From contig JBBINH010000011.1 of assembly GCA_037443945.1 (NCBI GenBank), forward strand, positions 9,629-73,628: 64,000 bases of DNA, written 5' to 3'. The position numbers were made by a program, and so were the translations under genes. The notes under the pieces were generated by a model that saw only the letters and a program-made list of their open reading frames with translations, searched no databases and was not told the DNA's origin. This DNA comes from Caldilineales bacterium. Lineage in GTDB: Bacteria; Chloroflexota; Anaerolineae; J102. Every line of letters starts with the position of its first letter. The stretch's first letter is position 1. Positions 61,173-64,000 of this stretch are shown here, one piece after another.

Positions 61173-63512
61173 TCAAATGGGATCCACACCGAAGTAGCCC
61201 CAGGTCGCCTCCTCGGTTACCGGCTCCGTGCCTCCCAGCGTCTGGCGGATGATGTCGGTCATGCTGACCACGCCGATGGGCCAGGGACGCCCCTCCCGTT
61301 GCTCCACAACCACCAGCCGGTGAATCCGATGGCGGGTCATCAACGTGATGGCCTGGGCGAGTGGGGTCTCGGGTGTACAGGTGATCACGTCCGCCGTGAG
61401 GATATCGGCAGCCGTCAGCGCCGCCAGTTGCTCCGGGGTACGCCCCAGACGGGCCATGACCAGGTCGGTCTGGGAGACAATGCCGACCAAAAAGCCCTCG
61501 CGATCGACGACTATGACGGCGCTGATCCGATTGGCCAGAAGGCGATGCGCTATCTCGCTTACCGAGGTGTCGGGATAGCAGGAGATGACGCCATGATGCA
61601 TGACATCGGCCACGGTGCTCTCGTCAGGCAGGGTGGCCGCAGCCGGTTTGGGCGGCACCATCTGCGCAGGCCGCGGCGGTGTAGGCTCATAGACCTCGGT
61701 CAATGTCGGCATGGTGCCGCTTTCCTCGGCCATGGTAGGCAGATCCAGCCCGTAGTTGATGATGTCGGTCTGGCTGAGGATACCGATGGGCCACAACTTG
61801 CCCTTGCGCTCGTCCACCACGACCAGGCGATGAATGCGATTGCGTGTCATCAGGGTAATGGCTTCGGCGACGCGGGTTTGCGGCGTGCAGGTGATCAGAC
61901 GCGGGGTCATGATATCGGCCGCGGTCAGGCGGGCGAGTTGGGTGGGCGTATGGCTCTGGCGGGCCAGGACGATATCGGTCTGCGAGACGATGCCGATGGC
62001 GTAGCCGTCTTCGTCCACGACGACGATGGCATGAATCCGATAACTGGCCATGCGCCGGGCCACTTCGTTGACCGGCGTGTTGGCGCTCACGGTGATGGCG
62101 CCGTAATGCATCAGCTCACGGACGGTCATGGTCTCGAACGGCGTGGTCGGCAGCGTCTCCGGTTCGGGCAGACGACGCAAAGGCGCCCGGAAGAAGTCAC
62201 GACGCTCGGTCGGAACGGGGACACGCGGTGCAACCTTGACCGGTTCGGCGGCGCCGATGCCCAGGCCGGTTGTCGGCGCGCCCACCAAAATGGCCATATT
62301 CCCGTAGGGATGCTTGTTTTCGTACATCAACTGATGGGCCAGGGCCAACTCATCCCACCTGAAAGTGCGGGAGAGGCAGGGATCCACCTGACCGCTCATG
62401 ACCAGGTCGTTGAAGCCTTTGGCCTGCTCGTCGTTGGCAAAATGCGAACCTTGCAGCCGTTTCTGCCGCATCCACAGATAACGCAGATCCACCGTGGCAT
62501 TATAACCGGTCGTGCCGGCACAGATGACGACGATGCCGCCGGTGTCGCACACGAAAATGGACGTGGGTATGGTGGCTTCGCCGGGATGTTCGAAGACAAT
62601 ACGCGGGTTCTTGCGCTCGCCCAGGATGTCCCAGATGGCCTTGCCGAACTTGCGTACCCCCTTGAGCCATTCGGCATAACCGACGGTATCTTTCCAGTGG
62701 GGCAACATCCCCCAGTGATCGAAGTTCTTGCGGTTGATGCATCCCACGGCTCCCAGGCTCTGGCAGTACGCAAACTTATCCTCCGAGCTGACCACAGCGA
62801 TGGCCTTGGCCCCGGCTGCCCGGCAGATCTGGATCGCCATGGACCCCAGGCCACCGGCCCCGCCCCAGATCAACACGACATCGCCTTCACGCAACGCATG
62901 TTCACTCCACCCGTACAACATGCGATAGGCCGTAGCTCCCACCAGCATATAGGCCGCCGCCTGCTCCCAGGTCAAATGCCTGGGTTTCGGCAGACATTGA
63001 TGGTCTTGCACCTTGGTGAACTGGGCGAAACTGCCCCAATTCGTCTCATAGCCCCAAATGCGAAACGAGGGGTCGTACATGGGATCGTTACCGGCCTTGA
63101 CCCAGGGCGATTCCTGGTCCCACACCCCGCAGTGGATGACCACCTCGTCGCCAACCTTGAGATGCTTGACCTTTTTGCCGACTTTATAGACGATGCCGCT
63201 GGCATCGCTGCCACCGATATGGAAATCCTCCGGCTCACCGGCTTTCTGACGGGCCGCGATGACGTTCACAGGAACACCCAGGGCAGCCCATACGTTGTTG
63301 TAGTTGACCCCGGAGGCCATCACATAGACCAGGACCTCATCATCGGCCGGCTCGGGAACGTCGACAATCTCGACCTGAAAGGCCTGCATCGGTTCGCCGA
63401 AGCGCTCGGCTCGAATGACCCAGGCATACATCTGCTTGGGCACGTATCCCAACGGAGGCTGCTCACCGATGGGATAGAGGTCTTTCAGTTTAGATGAAAT
63501 CGCGTGCGACAT
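61173..63512 (-). CDS. ccr: Crotonyl-CoA carboxylase/reductase fused to four CBS domains
   Basis: [53 protein letters not shown]; two CBS pairs at the C-terminus. Confidence 0.92.
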   Translation of the reverse strand: MSHAISSKLKDLYPIGEQPPLGYVPKQMYAWVIRAERFGEPMQAFQVEIVDVPEPADDEVLVYVMASGVNYNNVWAALGVPVNVIAARQKAGEPEDFHIGGSDASGIVYKVGKKVKHLKVGDEVVIHCGVWDQESPWVKAGNDPMYDPSFRIWGYETNWGSFAQFTKVQDHQCLPKPRHLTWEQAAAYMLVGATAYRMLYGWSEHALREGDVVLIWGGAGGLGSMAIQICRAAGAKAIAVVSSEDKFAYCQSLGAVGCINRKNFDHWGMLPHWKDTVGYAEWLKGVRKFGKAIWDILGERKNPRIVFEHPGEATIPTSIFVCDTGGIVVICAGTTGYNATVDLRYLWMRQKRLQGSHFANDEQAKGFNDLVMSGQVDPCLSRTFRWDELALAHQLMYENKHPYGNMAILVGAPTTGLGIGAAEPVKVAPRVPVPTERRDFFRAPLRRLPEPETLPTTPFETMTVRELMHYGAITVSANTPVNEVARRMASYRIHAIVVVDEDGYAIGIVSQTDIVLARQSHTPTQLARLTAADIMTPRLITCTPQTRVAEAITLMTRNRIHRLVVVDERKGKLWPIGILSQTDIINYGLDLPTMAEESGTMPTLTEVYEPTPPRPAQMVPPKPAAATLPDESTVADVMHHGVISCYPDTSVSEIAHRLLANRISAVIVVDREGFLVGIVSQTDLVMARLGRTPEQLAALTAADILTADVITCTPETPLAQAITLMTRHRIHRLVVVEQREGRPWPIGVVSMTDIIRQTLGGTEPVTEEATWGYFGVDPI

Positions 63513-63637
63513 CGTGCACCCTCCGGCGACAAAAGCAAAAGACCAAAACGCGGGAAAACGCTTTGCCGACCTCGGCCGTCATCAACGCGGCATCCTTGCC
63601 GCTCATCGGCGTCGGGGTAACCGACCACCGGTCGATT

Positions 63638-63796
63638 GTGACGCATTGTGTCATAAACGAAGGCCGATGGCAAGTTGACAGAGGGGCAAAAGCGGGCGAT
63701 GCGGTCTTGTCCTCCTCATTTCCGGTGCTGTTTGGCATAGCGCGTCGCATTACGACGTGATGGCCAATTGACACAACGCGTCATAACGGTTATAGT
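63638..63796. promoter_or_regulatory. Divergent ccr/thiolase promoter region with two palindromic operators
   Basis: GTGACGC-ATT-GTGTCAT at 63638-63654; TTGACAC-AAC-GCGTCAT at 63768-63784; plus-strand TTGACA-17 bp-TATAGT at 63768-63796. Confidence 0.8.
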
Positions 63797-63887
63797 GGAA
63801 GCCGGAACCGCCGCTGTGCCTTTACCAGCGGTTCCGGTCGCTTCGGCCTGGATCCCAAGGTTGCGCTTCTCTCTCAGGAGCTCCACC

Positions 63888-64000
63888 ATGCGCGATGTGT
63901 ATGTGCTCGGCGTCGGGCAGATCCCCGTCACCAAGGAAAAAGACGAATCCTTACGCGAAATGGCCGCCCGGGCGGTAAAGGCCGCTCTGGCCGATGCCGG
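63888..64000 (+). CDS. Thiolase-family protein (SCP-x/archaeal-type N-terminus), truncated by the window end
   Basis: Hand translation MRDVYVLGVGQIPVTKEKDESLREMAARAVKAALADA; AGGAG RBS. Confidence 0.75.
   Translation, partial: MRDVYVLGVGQIPVTKEKDESLREMAARAVKAALADA

Overview
GC-rich bacterial chromosome segment. The gene content (Pro/Thr-rich lipoproteins, expanded GT-C membrane proteins, FHA and LysM proteins) suggests Chloroflexota, but that assignment is inference. No rRNA, tRNA, CRISPR array or intact mobile element was seen. From left to right: a structured intergenic candidate sRNA; a FabL-like reductase with two DinB genes; proline dehydrogenase; envelope glycosyltransferases; rpmH-rnpA-yidD-yidC-jag with no adjacent dnaA; a LacI-controlled myo-inositol uptake/catabolism operon whose binding protein has two tandem domains; an A2-type caa3 oxidase operon; map/def; an ECF transporter; three FHA proteins; three GT-C-like membrane proteins plus a LysM protein; mtaB; an ArsA/GET3 ATPase; pyk with a coupled Cys-rich small protein; an MshC-like ligase. 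The most notable region is 54.0-64.0 kb, an apparent non-canonical ethylmalonyl-CoA (acetate/CO2 assimilation)-PHA module. It contains a crotonyl-CoA carboxylase/reductase fused to four CBS domains, a short methylsuccinyl-CoA-dehydrogenase-like ACAD, an uncharacterised CitE/malate-synthase-fold enzyme, a B12 mutase with an altered substrate-pocket motif, a MaoC pair, a phasin and a divergent thiolase. A recurring 17-bp palindrome (consensus NTGACRC-ANN-GYGTYAT) overlaps the promoters of this module. All assignments come from reading motifs by eye and from recalled family knowledge; no searches were run.
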